Source of the DNA: Selaginella moellendorffii
Taxonomy: Eukaryota > Plantae > Lycopodiophyta
Assembly (NCBI RefSeq): GCF_000143415.4
Contig: NW_003314278.1
Coordinates: 140,371-204,370 of the forward strand
Reading direction: 5' to 3'
DNA length: 64,000 nt
Below the pieces are notes generated by a model. That model searched no databases. It had not been told where the DNA came from and worked only from the letters and a program-made list of their open reading frames with translations. Shown here one piece after another: positions 40,414-51,999 of this stretch (positions are counted from its first letter, which is position 1; each line of letters starts with the position of its first letter). The position numbers were made by a program, and so were the translations under genes.

Positions 40414-42303
40414 ATGGCGGTGTTTGAGGCGCCAGCGCCGATGCAAGCGGTAAGCTCATCGCGCCTGCGCATATCGATCGATCGCGTCTTTCTTGCAAAT
40501 GTAGGTGATCGGGAGCGCTATTTCTCGATGCCGGAGTGCGAGCAATCCTGGAGCTTTGATTTCGGTCACTCTTTCTTGCATCGATGCTTGCGATGGCGTG
40601 GATCGCTCCAAATTCAGCTTCTCTGGTTCTTAATTCCTCTTTTTTTCTTCTTCTTGTTTTCGCTGTATTGAGCGATGATCTTGCAGTCTCGGATACCGGT
40701 CTCAGCGTTACTGGCAAAGCGATGGATGATTTTTGCCACCTCGTTGTTGCGAATCCTCCTATCTTGGATCATGCTGAAATTCTCTGGGGTAAGAACGTTG
40801 GTGCTCTAATTGTCACTATTTTCATTATTTTTGTTTTGTTCCAGATAGAGTGCTCGAGGTTTCCACCCCGGGTATGATCTATAGTCATTCAAGTGATCTA
40901 TAGCATTGGATTTTTTTTCTTGCCAGATCCCATCGAGAAGAAAATGCGTAACTACCAATTGCGATTCACCGACGCTAGCGGCCTCCAGATTCTAGAACTC
41001 CGACCGCAATGGAGAGAAAAGCGGTAAGTACTCACAGAAAATGATTCGACGCCTTTAGCATTGGAAATTTCAGAACGCTAGTGTCAATGGACATTGAAGG
41101 CCCGACGCTGGAAACGGTGTCATCCTTCAGGAATTTGCTGGAGAAGGTCAGTAAAACTATCGATGATATACTTTTCTTGAGCTTACCAGGTTTCTCTTCA
41201 GTTTTCCCTTCCAATTATCGAAGTGTCCCTGGAATGGCACTACGTTAATTGTCGAGGCGAGCGCGACACTTACCAGAGTCGAGAGGTCCTGACAAGAGAA
41301 CCATCGGAGCTTGATGAGCTTGCGACAGGCTTTGCACACTATTTGCACAATAGTCGCCTTTCGGAAGCGGATCGTGTAGCTGGTATACATGTCAACATTG
41401 GAAGGGGTGGCTCGGACAACATTGGTTCTAGTCTACATGCATGTGTAGCTATTACTGAACCACTGACGACGGTGTCTTCAAAAACGAAGGTTTGTAAAAT
41501 CTAAAATGAAACGCTTATAAACTCGGTCTTGTGTTGCAGATTATGTACTTCGAAGATTTTGCGTACACTCCAGTGCCTTCGGCGATGCAGCAGTTTTTGT
41601 CGAAGGTTGACTGGATGAAGTTTAATCTCCCAGTACAGTCTGTCGACACAGAGACGGCTACTATCACTTGGGAGTGTTCCAGACACGAGTCGATTGATCT
41701 TGTTCTCCACAAGGTCACGAAAAATATCCTGTTGAAAGACATCTTGATTTTGGTATATCGTCCTTGACTGCTTTCTTAACCTGGACGGAGATTGAACGCT
41801 AGATGTGAAGCGAAACAGGTGAAACGGGCTATTGAAGGAGCTCTTCATGACTTGAAACTAAAACTGCCTCATCGTTTGGCGAGCCCCCAAGCAATCAAGG
41901 TAGCTTCCAAATTATTTTTTCTTTCTTCGTTTCTCGTTTCTTAGCCACATCGTCTGTGCAGATGATGTCGTGCGTTCCAGACCTCTCTAGATGCATTGCA
42001 GGACTGATCAAGTCCTCCACAGACGCATCGTTCCAAGCCCAGTGCGCATCACTGTTGGGACTGCTACCGTCAGAGACTCACAAACTAGAAGGCCAGATCA
42101 GTGACAAGCTGAGTTCAATCGTTATAGACACTGACAATTCAAACTCCGGAAAACTAATCGCCTACGACAACTTAGCAAAAGAAGCCGGCAGTGACACTGA
42201 CAACTCAAACACGGGAAAACTAATCACCTACGAAAACTTAGCAATCGAAGCCAGCAGTGACACCGACAAGTCTGATGCTGAAGACTTCTTTACAATTCCA
42301 TAA
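40414..42303 (+). CDS. MTOPVIB: meiotic topoisomerase VI B-like subunit
   Basis: VSDTG (GHKL-like), KTKIMYFEDFAYTPVP, KVDWMKFNL, VPDLSRCIAGLIKSSTDASFQAQC match plant MTOPVIB motifs; multi-exon. Confidence 0.85.
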
Positions 42304-42381
42304 GAGAGGTAAGTCACATGGTTTTGATACACTTCTCTAACTGATCTGTGTAGTGGCTTTGATCTTCGGAGATCGGATGGG

Positions 42382-44751
42382 ATGGCTCTGGTATTGACAG
42401 TTCAAGTGGGTCTAGCCGACAACGACAAGGATCTCGGACAGGAGAGGTTCTGCAGTAATACCGAAGCTTACGCGGCTCTTCTCCGACGCTGTGCGAACGA
42501 GAGAAACTTGGTCGATGGGAAACGTGTACACGAACATCTCCGACGCTACGGTTACGAGAATGAGACCTTTCTCGGCAATCTTCTCGTCCAGATGTACGGG
42601 AAGTGTAGCAGCATCGACGACGCCGCCCTCGCCTTTGACAGCATCCGCAAGAAAGATCTCTTCTCTTGGAACATCATGATCGCTGCATTCGCCGAGAATG
42701 GCTGCTTGGATCGGGCCGTGGGTGTTTTCAAGGCGATGCCGGACAGAGACGTGGTCTCCTGGAATGCCGTGATAGCAGCGTACGCAAACAACGGTCAGCT
42801 CGACGGGGCGTTTCAGATTTTTGCAAAGGTGCCGCAGAAAAACGCAGTGTCATGGAACGTCTTGATCGCGGCGTATGCCCAGAACGGGTACCACAGAATG
42901 GCGTTCATCCTGTTCTGGACAATGAGCTTCGATGGCACCAGGCCAAACGAGATCAGCTTCATCAACATCCTCGAGTTGTGCTCGATCGGCCAAGGCAGGA
43001 TCATTCACTCGGTCCTGGTGAGCACCGGATTGCTGGTAGCGTCTGCCAAAGTCGCCAACGCAGTGATCACCATGTTTGGGGAGTGTGGAAGCGTGGAAGA
43101 AGCCGAGCTCGTGTTCCAGGGAGTGGAAGATCGCGACGTTGTCACTTGGACCGCGATGGTGGCGGCGTATGCTCAGAACGGACAGATGGACGAAGCGAGA
43201 AGTCTGTTCGATCGAATGCCGGTGAAGAACGTCGTGTCGTGGAACGCGATGATCTCCGCGTATGCGCAAGCCGGGCATACTGACGAAGCTCTGGAGGTTT
43301 TCGAGCTCATGGAGCCGGCCAGGATCAAGCGCAACAGGGGGACTTTTGTGGCTGTTCTTGCCGCTGGCCTCGACTTGGAGCAAGGGAAGAAGATCCACGA
43401 CAGCGTTCACTCGAGTGGATTGGAAAGGAACGAGATGGTCGCGACAGCGCTGCTGAGCATGTATGGAGCTTGTGGAAGCACCGATGACGCCAGGCAGGTG
43501 TTCGAGCAGGTCCCGAAGCTCGATTTGGTTTGCTGGAACGCGATGATCACAGCCTACGTCCAGAACGATCGAGGCCGGGAGGCGCTCGAGATCTTCCACC
43601 GGCTGGAAATGGAAGGCGTCAAATGCAACGAAGTCACTTACCTTGCGGCTCTCGACGCCTGCGCCTGCCTCGCGGTCCAGTCCGAAGGAAGATCGCTCCA
43701 CAAGAGAGTCTCCGAGGCCGGGTTGCTGCTCACGAGCTTCAAGGTGGCGAACTCTCTCATCAACATGTATGGGAAGTCCGGGAACCTTGAAGCCGCGGAG
43801 GAGATCTTCGAGAGCATGCCGAGCCGGGACATCTCCTCGTGGAACGTTTTGCTGACGGTCTATGGACACAACGGGCTGGGGGACTTGGCGGTGGACCGTT
43901 TCACGGAGTCGTGCTTGGAAGGCTTTGAGCCGGACTCCATCACTTTCCTGGCGGTGCTCCAAGCTTGCAGCCATGCCGGACTGCTCGACACCGGCGTGGA
44001 GCTGCTGGTCTCGATCCAGGAGGACTGGGGCATTGATCCGACGCAGTACCACTACCTCTGCGTCGTGGATCTGCTGGGACGATCCGGAGAGCTTGTCAGG
44101 GCCGAGGCTTTGATCAACAGCATGCCTTTCGAGCCGGAGGAGGGAGCGTGGAGATCGCTCCTCGGGGGGTGCCGGGTGAACAGCGACGTTGGTCGAGGCG
44201 AGCGAGCGACGCAGAGGTTGCTGGTGATGTCGGAGGATTCGTCGCCTTACGTGCTCATGGCCAACATCTACGCGAGCATCAGGAACTTCGATCTGGCCGA
44301 GAGGCTGAGGAGCGTCATGGCGGATCGAAACGTGAAGAAGCAGCCGGGGCTCAGCTGGATCGAAGTGAGGGGGCGGATCCACACTTTCGCCGCGAATGAC
44401 AAGCTCCATGCCAGGAAGGAAGAGATCTACGCTGGACTGGATCGGCTCTTTGTGGAGCTCCAGCGAGAAGGATATCGGCCGGACACGAGAGTGGCGCTCT
44501 ACGATGTGGAGGAGGAGAAGAAAGTGAGGATGCTGCTCCATCACAGCGAGAAGCTGGCCATCATGTTTGGATTGATGAGCACACCGGATGGAAGTCCTCT
44601 GTTCGTGCTCAAGAACTTGAGAGTTTGCGCGGATTGTCACGCCGCCACCAAGATCATCGCCAAGATCACCAAGAGGAAGATCGTGATGAGGGACGCGAGT
44701 CGATTCCACCACTTTGAGAATGGTAAATGCTCGTGCTGTGACTATTGGTAG
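42382..44751 (+). CDS. PLS-E-DYW PPR RNA-editing factor
   Basis: PG box PGLSWIEV, HSEKLA, KNLRVCADCH, CSCCDYW; intronless 789 aa. Confidence 0.97.
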   Translation: MALVLTVQVGLADNDKDLGQERFCSNTEAYAALLRRCANERNLVDGKRVHEHLRRYGYENETFLGNLLVQMYGKCSSIDDAALAFDSIRKKDLFSWNIMIAAFAENGCLDRAVGVFKAMPDRDVVSWNAVIAAYANNGQLDGAFQIFAKVPQKNAVSWNVLIAAYAQNGYHRMAFILFWTMSFDGTRPNEISFINILELCSIGQGRIIHSVLVSTGLLVASAKVANAVITMFGECGSVEEAELVFQGVEDRDVVTWTAMVAAYAQNGQMDEARSLFDRMPVKNVVSWNAMISAYAQAGHTDEALEVFELMEPARIKRNRGTFVAVLAAGLDLEQGKKIHDSVHSSGLERNEMVATALLSMYGACGSTDDARQVFEQVPKLDLVCWNAMITAYVQNDRGREALEIFHRLEMEGVKCNEVTYLAALDACACLAVQSEGRSLHKRVSEAGLLLTSFKVANSLINMYGKSGNLEAAEEIFESMPSRDISSWNVLLTVYGHNGLGDLAVDRFTESCLEGFEPDSITFLAVLQACSHAGLLDTGVELLVSIQEDWGIDPTQYHYLCVVDLLGRSGELVRAEALINSMPFEPEEGAWRSLLGGCRVNSDVGRGERATQRLLVMSEDSSPYVLMANIYASIRNFDLAERLRSVMADRNVKKQPGLSWIEVRGRIHTFAANDKLHARKEEIYAGLDRLFVELQREGYRPDTRVALYDVEEEKKVRMLLHHSEKLAIMFGLMSTPDGSPLFVLKNLRVCADCHAATKIIAKITKRKIVMRDASRFHHFENGKCSCCDYW

Positions 44752-44913
44752 CCCTCATTTTTAAATAGGTTTGCGCGCGAAGTTTAAATTCAAAAGCCTT
44801 AAATCGCGGGAAAAGTCAAATGTATTTAATCTCAAGAACCCTAAAAAAAGGAGAACAAGCGGAGGTACGTACGTCACAGGCATTTAATTTAGCGCTTAGA
44901 TCCGCGAAAGAAG

Positions 44914-46363
44914 CTACGCTGCTCGATCCAGCTTGAGAGATTCCACAAACTCTTCCAGGGATTTGTGAGATGTTCCTCCGGGCGCCACGGCGCGTTGACC
45001 GGCGATTCTCATTCTTGCGACACTTCTTCTCGCCCATTTGCCCTCTTTTCCCTGCATCAGCTTGACCACGGCGCTGGAAATCGCTGTAGCGTCCATGGCG
45101 GCGTCGAATGGCACGCCGATCTTCCAGATGTCCGTGATGAATTTCTGGTTGAGATTCTGCTCGGCCATGCAAGGCCATCCCAGCATTGGAACTCCGCTCC
45201 AGATGCTCTCCAGGACGGAATTCCAGCCGCAGTGCGTGAGAAATCCTCCCACCGCGTCGTGCTGGAGCACTTGGAGCTGTGGTGCCCATGGAACAACTAG
45301 TCCTTTCTCCAGAGCTTTCGCTCTCTCCTGGAACTTTTCCATGAAGTCCTCGTCTTTGTCTTCCACCAAGTTGGTTCTAAACACCCAAACAAAATCTATG
45401 CCGCTGGCCTCCAAGCCTCTCGCGAGCTCCTTGATCGAGCGCATGGAATCTATCCCCGCCACCGTTCCAAACGAGACATAGAGCACCGAAGCTTTCTTCT
45501 TGTTGTTCAGCCACTTAAGTATCGCTCCTGTGTCTTTGGCTGTTTCCAGGGAGGAGGACGAGCTTGGCAGCATCGGACCGAGCACCACTAACTCATGCTC
45601 GACGAACTGGCGGAGAGCAGCGATGGCTTCCACCTCTATCTCGTTAAAGGTATTCGTGACAACCCAGGAAGCCTTGAGATTGTTCCTAATGGAGCTCTGG
45701 CTTAGTTTGAAACCAGGATCTGCTGGACTTTCCTCATGGAGTGCGAATGGGAGCTCCCTCGCTCGCAGCCGTGGAACTCCTTCGAGATATGGAATGAACT
45801 CGTCCTTTGTTTCCTCTGGTAAGTTCACAAGACTTAGTACGTTCTATAGGTACTCTCTTACACTTACCTCGCAGAGGGACGCATCCGCTGGAAACTAAAT
45901 CTGGCGCATGGATCATTAACAGCAAGAATGCCGCATTCGAAGTCCAAAAGGCAGCTCTCGGAAGATGGAGTTTTGCCGCGACTTCGCCCGTCCAGTCCAG
46001 GAGGAAATCAGAGACTAGACAAGCAACTCGCTGCTCTTGATTGAGTATTTCCTCCAGCAGCCTTTCAAACGTTCCTCGCAAACTGTGCATGAGAGTTATC
46101 GCCTCCCAGATGGCTTCTATGCCGGTTTTCTTGGTATCTCCTTGCCCTTCCAACTGATCATCTGGAATGCTAACGAACTTGAGTGTGCTTGCAGAGTCGG
46201 GCATAGTCTCGCTGATTGCTCGGAGAACTCTCGATTGTGTTCTTCTGGTGGTGACGAACGTGACTTTGAGGCCCTGCGAGACAAGACGAGCAGCAAAGTG
46301 AAGCATGGGAGTTATGTGCCCCATTACAGGTAATGGAAACACGACGACCGTACTGCTCTCCAT
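44914..46363 (-). CDS. family-1 UDP-glycosyltransferase (2 exons)
   Basis: PLPVMGHITPM, CLVSDF, PSPG box WAPQLQVL...HCGWNS...MAEQ. Confidence 0.93.
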
Positions 46364-47028
46364 TGGAGTTCTCTACACTCTTCTACTGCAGAATGCCTAC
46401 ACAGATCCACAAATCTACTGGCGAGCAGAGTGGATAAATACTAGAGGCGAGCTGGCTCAGCGACAAATCGCATTGCCGCGGCATCTACAGAAGCGTCTAC
46501 TGTGGGTGATCCTGTTTTAATCTTCATCTTCGGCAGGGAATTGACAACTAGCCATTCGTATTTTTGTGTACTCAAATCGGATTTCCTCCAACACGCTATG
46601 AAGAGTAAGTCAACGATTCCCCAACGTCCGATGTTATCTTGATATGATACTGGTTTTCGTTTTTCCAGTGTTCGTATGGCTTTAGAACTTCACAAAGACT
46701 TGGCTTAGTAAATTTCATGGTGGGGACAAGTGGAACGAACCAGCAAAAGTGGCATGTTTTCACAGCAGACAATTCAACGTGTCAAGAGTCTATATAAAAT
46801 GGTAAGAGCTCCTTTGTTTTCATTTGAGAACTTGGGATCGAAAATAAAGAGTTTCTTTTGTTGTGTATTGTCCAGGTACAAACGAACAGGAGAAAAGAAC
46901 AAAAAGAAAATCGCGCTACCGCATTTATTTCTGCTACAACTCTAGAAGAAGAAGAATCCGTCCCATGCAAGCAAAAACCAGAAAAGAACCTCCTCTACCG
47001 GCACAGAAGATCAAAAAAGGAGAGCTTT

Positions 47029-47502
47029 CTACGCTCCTGGAGCAACCTCCTGCGTCCTGGATTGCAAGTAGCCAGTCACTTCCCGGGCCTTCTCCGTGAC
47101 ATGCGAGGCAGTATCAGCGATGCGGTGCTTGGCAGCGTCGATCTTGTCTGCTCCAACAGGCTTTTGGCCGCGGACATAGTTGTAGATCCAGGAGACGAAA
47201 GAGCAGAAGCCAACGAAGACGGTGCTAGCCAGCAAGAAGCCTCCAATCCCGAGAGCCACCATGATGCCGAGAGGGACGAGCACGGGGCTCAAGAGGAGGA
47301 AGACAGGGGTGGCGAGCAAGAGCGTGATCCCCACGCCTCCGATGGTCACACCGCCCAGGACGAGCGTCACGATCGCTCCCGTGATGAGCGTCACGAAGCC
47401 CAGCATCCGGTTGGAAGACGGAGATTTGTGGTGGAGGCCTTGGATCACTCCGCGGGGATCTTGCTGCTGGAGAGCGCGGGAGGCTTGATCGCGAGCTGCC
47501 AT
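47029..47502 (-). CDS. oleosin
   Basis: Proline knot PVFLLLSPVLVP; C-terminus nearly identical to the 37797 oleosin; RY element at 47634-47641. Confidence 0.95.
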   Translation of the reverse strand: MAARDQASRALQQQDPRGVIQGLHHKSPSSNRMLGFVTLITGAIVTLVLGGVTIGGVGITLLLATPVFLLLSPVLVPLGIMVALGIGGFLLASTVFVGFCSFVSWIYNYVRGQKPVGADKIDAAKHRIADTASHVTEKAREVTGYLQSRTQEVAPGA

Positions 47503-47809
47503 CGCTTATACAAGGAAAGGAGAAGAGAAAAAGAGAAGAAAAAAGACTCGCGAGAGCTAGAGGACTTGGAACCTCTAGATTGAATGTTTGGAGGGATGAT
47601 TGTGGTATGGTTTTATACGAGATTGTTTGCGTCCATGCATGCAAATTGGGTGGTGGACTGTGGCGACAGTGCGGAAACTTTTAACTTTGGAAAATGCGTG
47701 TCAAATGCGTGGTTTTTCACTCGCCAACAAAAGAGAGCGGCGTCCACCGGATTTAACTAGAAAAAGCATTGGTTTTATATCCAAAAGATCGGCTGATTTA
47801 TTGATCATA

Positions 47810-50170
47810 ATGATCAAAGCCATGATTTTCTATGTTCTACTATGGTTTTTCTTGAGCGTGGGGATTGCTGTAAATCAAGAAGTGAGAACATTATTTACTA
47901 GTGATTATTTGATTTGTGTCTAAACTGGCAGATTTATATTGTGTATTTGGGAGGAACCCAAGGGATTGATGCTCAGAGGTTAAGCGAGAGCCACCATGAG
48001 ATTCTCTCCAGAGCCACTGGGAGGTAATTAATCACGGTGAATCTGAAAGTTCTTACCTTATATTGCAGTTTGGATTCTGCCAAAGAGTCAATGATTCACA
48101 GCTATAGGTACTCGTTTAGCGGCTTCTCTGCAAGATTAGACGAAGAACAAGCGGAGTTACTGTCCAGTTAAGTCTCTAGAACTTGTGGAAAGGATCGAGA
48201 GTTTTGATATTCGTGAGCAGGATCACAAGAAGTTCTTAGCATCTATCCCAGCAAAACTTATCAAATCCAGACCACGCGATCATGGGACTTTCTTGGGTTG
48301 ACAGACTCCATGGTTGTAGCGGACAAAGAAAACCATGAAGCTGCGGGTTCCTACAACGTGATTGTGGGACTCCTTGACACAGGTAAGAAAGAAAGTGAAA
48401 AGACCAAAACTCACCATATTGATTTACCTTGTAGGAATCTGGCCGGAATCTCAAAGCTTTAGAGACGATGACATGACACCAGTTCCAAGTCGCTGGAGAG
48501 GAGAGTGCGTGAATCCACCCGGAATAAACTCTTCCTTTATCATCCTTTGCAACAGGTAAGAAAAACAAATATCAAAGTTTGGACAAAGAAAAAACCGCTG
48601 TGGACCTTGTAACAGGAAACTTATTGGAGCGAAGTTTTTCAACTCTAGAGTGAAATCGCCAGAGTATGGAAATGCCCGGGACGACAATGGCCACGGCACA
48701 CACACGGCCTCCACAGCCACCGGAAGGCTCGTGAGCAACGCAAGCATGCAAGGCCTGGCTCGAGGAACCGCCCGGGGTGGCGTGCCTCTCGCACGCCTCG
48801 CCATCTACAAGGTTTGCTGGGGGATTGGCTGCGAAGAATCGGACATCCTCGCGGGGTATGACGCCGCGGTGGGCGATGGAGTGGACGTGATATCCGTCTC
48901 CATCGGAGGACCCGCGGTGAAGTATAGCTTGGATGGGTTGGCGATCGGAGCTTACCACGCGGTGGAGAAGGGCGTCGCGGTAGCGGCCGGGGCTGGAAAC
49001 TTTGGTATCTGGACGATGCAGGTGATCAATGCCGCGCCGTGGATTTTCACCATCGCTGCTAGCACCATTGACAGGAGCATTGACAAAGCCAAGGTAACTC
49101 TAAACGAAAGTTGGTGATTTGTCTAACTTGTTTGATCGATCGAAGAGAAACGAGAGTGATAACTTCAAGCCAGCACCCGAGATGGGATACTTTTCACTGG
49201 GAGGGCCAAACCCGATTAGTCCGGATATAATCAAGGCAAGTCGTCTTTGTATTCTTATTCTTTTGTTCTTCATGTTGTTGTTATTACTATTGTTATTTGT
49301 ATATTGTTATCAGCCGGACGTGACTGCTCCTGGTGTTGATATCTTGGCAGCTTGGCCAAGTGGTATCGCAGTTCCAGGATTCAATGGCGGTACCATTTAC
49401 AGCGACTATGCCCTTCTCTCCGGAACTTCCATGTCCACGCCTCACGCTGGGGGAGCTCTGGCATTCGTAAAGTCGGTCCATCCATCTTGGAGCCCCGCTG
49501 CTCTAAAATCTGCGCTCATGACAACAGGTAAACTATCCAATCTCGAAAGCTTACAAATCAAATAATGGATATGAAACAAGAAAGGATCATGTTCTTTGCA
49601 GCCACAACTCTTGACAATACAAACCAAACAATCAAAACATCCTACGGCGAGCCAGCGACACTCTTCAGCTATGGCTCCGGGCAAATCCAGCCAGCAAAAG
49701 CGCTCGATCCGGGGCTGGTCTACGACATAGAACCCACGGACTACATCTCATACCTTTGCAGCACGGGCTACTCCTCGGCCCAAGTTCGCAACATCACTGG
49801 GGACAAGTCCACTGCGTGCTCCACAAACTCCACCTTCGATCTAAACTATCCCTCCATTGGAATCGCGCGGCTTGATCCTGGAGAGAGCAACGCAGTGACC
49901 GTCGCCAGGACGCTGACGAGCGTGGGATCGTCGCCATCGGATTACCGCGCGAGCGTGGACAAGCCAAGCGATGCCAGGCTCTCGGTTGTGGTGGAACCCG
50001 AGACGCTGCGTTTCGGTAGCTCCGGAGCCAAGCTTTCTTTCAAGGTGGCGGTCACCTTGGCGAGTTCTTCAGGGCACACCAACGCAACCTGGATCTACTC
50101 GGCATTGATCTGGAGCGATGGAGTTCATCGTGTTCGCAGCCCGATTGCTGTTCTTGCCTCGTCGTCTTGA
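47810..50170 (+). CDS. subtilisin-like protease lacking the PA domain
   Basis: [45 protein letters not shown]; no PA-coding sequence between TIDRSI and KPAP. Confidence 0.88.
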
Positions 50171-50189
50171 TTGGCTCTTTCCAGAGATC

Positions 50190-51989
50190 TCATCGCATAT
50201 GTACTTGACGAACTCCATGAAAGTTACGCAAAGCTTTCGTATTTCCTGTAACTTCCATGCCTTGCACCAAGTTCTCTACGAGTTCCAGCTTTCCAGCTCG
50301 TCCTAGAAGATCCACAAGGCAAGCATAGTGATCGTCAATCGGTGTCAAATGGAAGTCTCCAGTGATCGATAGAAAATAGTGCAACCCATCGTGAAGCAAG
50401 CCTCCATGGCTGCATCCAGCGAGAATGCTGATCAGGCTCACCGTGTCGGGCTCCATTCCTTCCAAAACCATCGTTTGGAATGAAACCATGGCTTGTTTGC
50501 CACAGCCATTCCGAGCAAAGCACTCGCTCATTGACGTCCAAGAATGGACGTTCTTGCAAGAGGCACTGCCGAAGATCTTCATGGCTTCTTCGACTCTCCC
50601 GCATTTGCCATAGAGATCGACCAGTGCTGTGACAACCATCGCGTTGCTCGACGCAAAGTCTATGCTGGAGTGGATCAAAGAACCCTCATACAGAGAAGGT
50701 CGATCGGCACAGGCTTGGATCATGATGCTGGCAGTGACTTTGTTTGGAGTAATACCGTTCAGATCCATGAGCTTGAAAAAGAGCAACGCCATCTCAAAAT
50801 GCCCATTCGCGGCATACACTGTGAGCATTGCTGTCCAAGAGACAACACTGTGATCGACAATACTATGAAAGATTCTCTCGGCGTCTTCTACACACTCAAA
50901 CTTCCCATACATGGTAACAAGCGCAGTACCGATAGAAACCTTACTCACTAGATTCCCATCCTGCTCGTCAATGCAGCGATGGAGTGATCTTCCATCCTGA
51001 AGCACCAAGCAAGCTTCAAGCACGCAAAGATACGTTACTTCATTGGGTCGAGTGCCATCGATGAGCATAAGCTTCGACATTAGAAGAGCTTCTTCCAAAT
51101 GCCCATTTTGAGCATACGCATTGATCATAGCAGTCCACGAGATCACGTCCTTCTGCTGGATCATAGCAAACGCTCCAAGAGCAGACTCAACACTGCCACA
51201 CTTCCCATACATCGCGACGATGGCATTAGCCACTGCTACGATCGAATCAAACCCGATCTCACGAGCAGTGGCGTGGATGATTCGACCCTCTCGCAGAGCT
51301 CCTAACTGCGCGATGGCGTCAAGAGCCACCAAGAAAGTGCCTTCGTTCGCCCTCTCCCCCTCGAGAGCCATAGCTCTAAACAAAACTAGCGCCTCTAGCG
51401 AATGCCCATTCTGCGCATATGCCGCGATCATAGCGTTCCAAGCAACGCAGTCTCTTCGCGGCATTCTTCCAAAGATTTCATAAGCTTCGAGAATATGCCC
51501 TCGTTGGGCATATGCGGTCAACATGGACGTCCACGCCACCACGTTTCTCTCCGGCATCTCGTCAAAAAGGTGACGCGCTTCCTCTAGATTCCCTACCCGG
51601 GCATATGCTCTTAGCATGGCATTCCAGGACACCGCGTTCTTCACGGGTGCGTGAGAGAAGACCGCTTTCGCAATATCCATATGCCCATTCAGGGCATATG
51701 CTTCCACGAGGATATTCCATGAATAGGCATCGGGCTCTTTTATTCTTTCGAACGCCGCCCTCGCGTCCTCCGGGCTCCCGCATTTTCCATACATCTGGAC
51801 GAGGAGATTCCCAGCTAGGGTTTCTCGATCGCGTCCCGCCTTGGCGAGGGAAAGGTGGACGCGCTTGCCGCTCTCGAGCGCCCTGGAATCGCCACATTTC
51901 TTGAGAAGCGCAACTAGATCGGGTGAGGTTCCCAGGCGATCGTGCCTGTCCAGAATCTCCAAGATTTCGCTGTTCTTGCTCTTCCACAT
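50190..51989 (-). CDS. PLS-class PPR protein, truncated E domain
   Basis: PPR repeats; ends shortly after HYACLVDLLGRAGKL. Confidence 0.9.
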   Translation of the reverse strand: MWKSKNSEILEILDRHDRLGTSPDLVALLKKCGDSRALESGKRVHLSLAKAGRDRETLAGNLLVQMYGKCGSPEDARAAFERIKEPDAYSWNILVEAYALNGHMDIAKAVFSHAPVKNAVSWNAMLRAYARVGNLEEARHLFDEMPERNVVAWTSMLTAYAQRGHILEAYEIFGRMPRRDCVAWNAMIAAYAQNGHSLEALVLFRAMALEGERANEGTFLVALDAIAQLGALREGRIIHATAREIGFDSIVAVANAIVAMYGKCGSVESALGAFAMIQQKDVISWTAMINAYAQNGHLEEALLMSKLMLIDGTRPNEVTYLCVLEACLVLQDGRSLHRCIDEQDGNLVSKVSIGTALVTMYGKFECVEDAERIFHSIVDHSVVSWTAMLTVYAANGHFEMALLFFKLMDLNGITPNKVTASIMIQACADRPSLYEGSLIHSSIDFASSNAMVVTALVDLYGKCGRVEEAMKIFGSASCKNVHSWTSMSECFARNGCGKQAMVSFQTMVLEGMEPDTVSLISILAGCSHGGLLHDGLHYFLSITGDFHLTPIDDHYACLVDLLGRAGKLELVENLVQGMEVTGNTKALRNFHGVRQVHMR

Positions 51990-51999
51990 ACATTAGGGT

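Noticed and set aside
42850-44712. 620-aa antisense ORF
   Set aside because: Shadow of the GC3-rich DYW-PPR coding strand; no motifs
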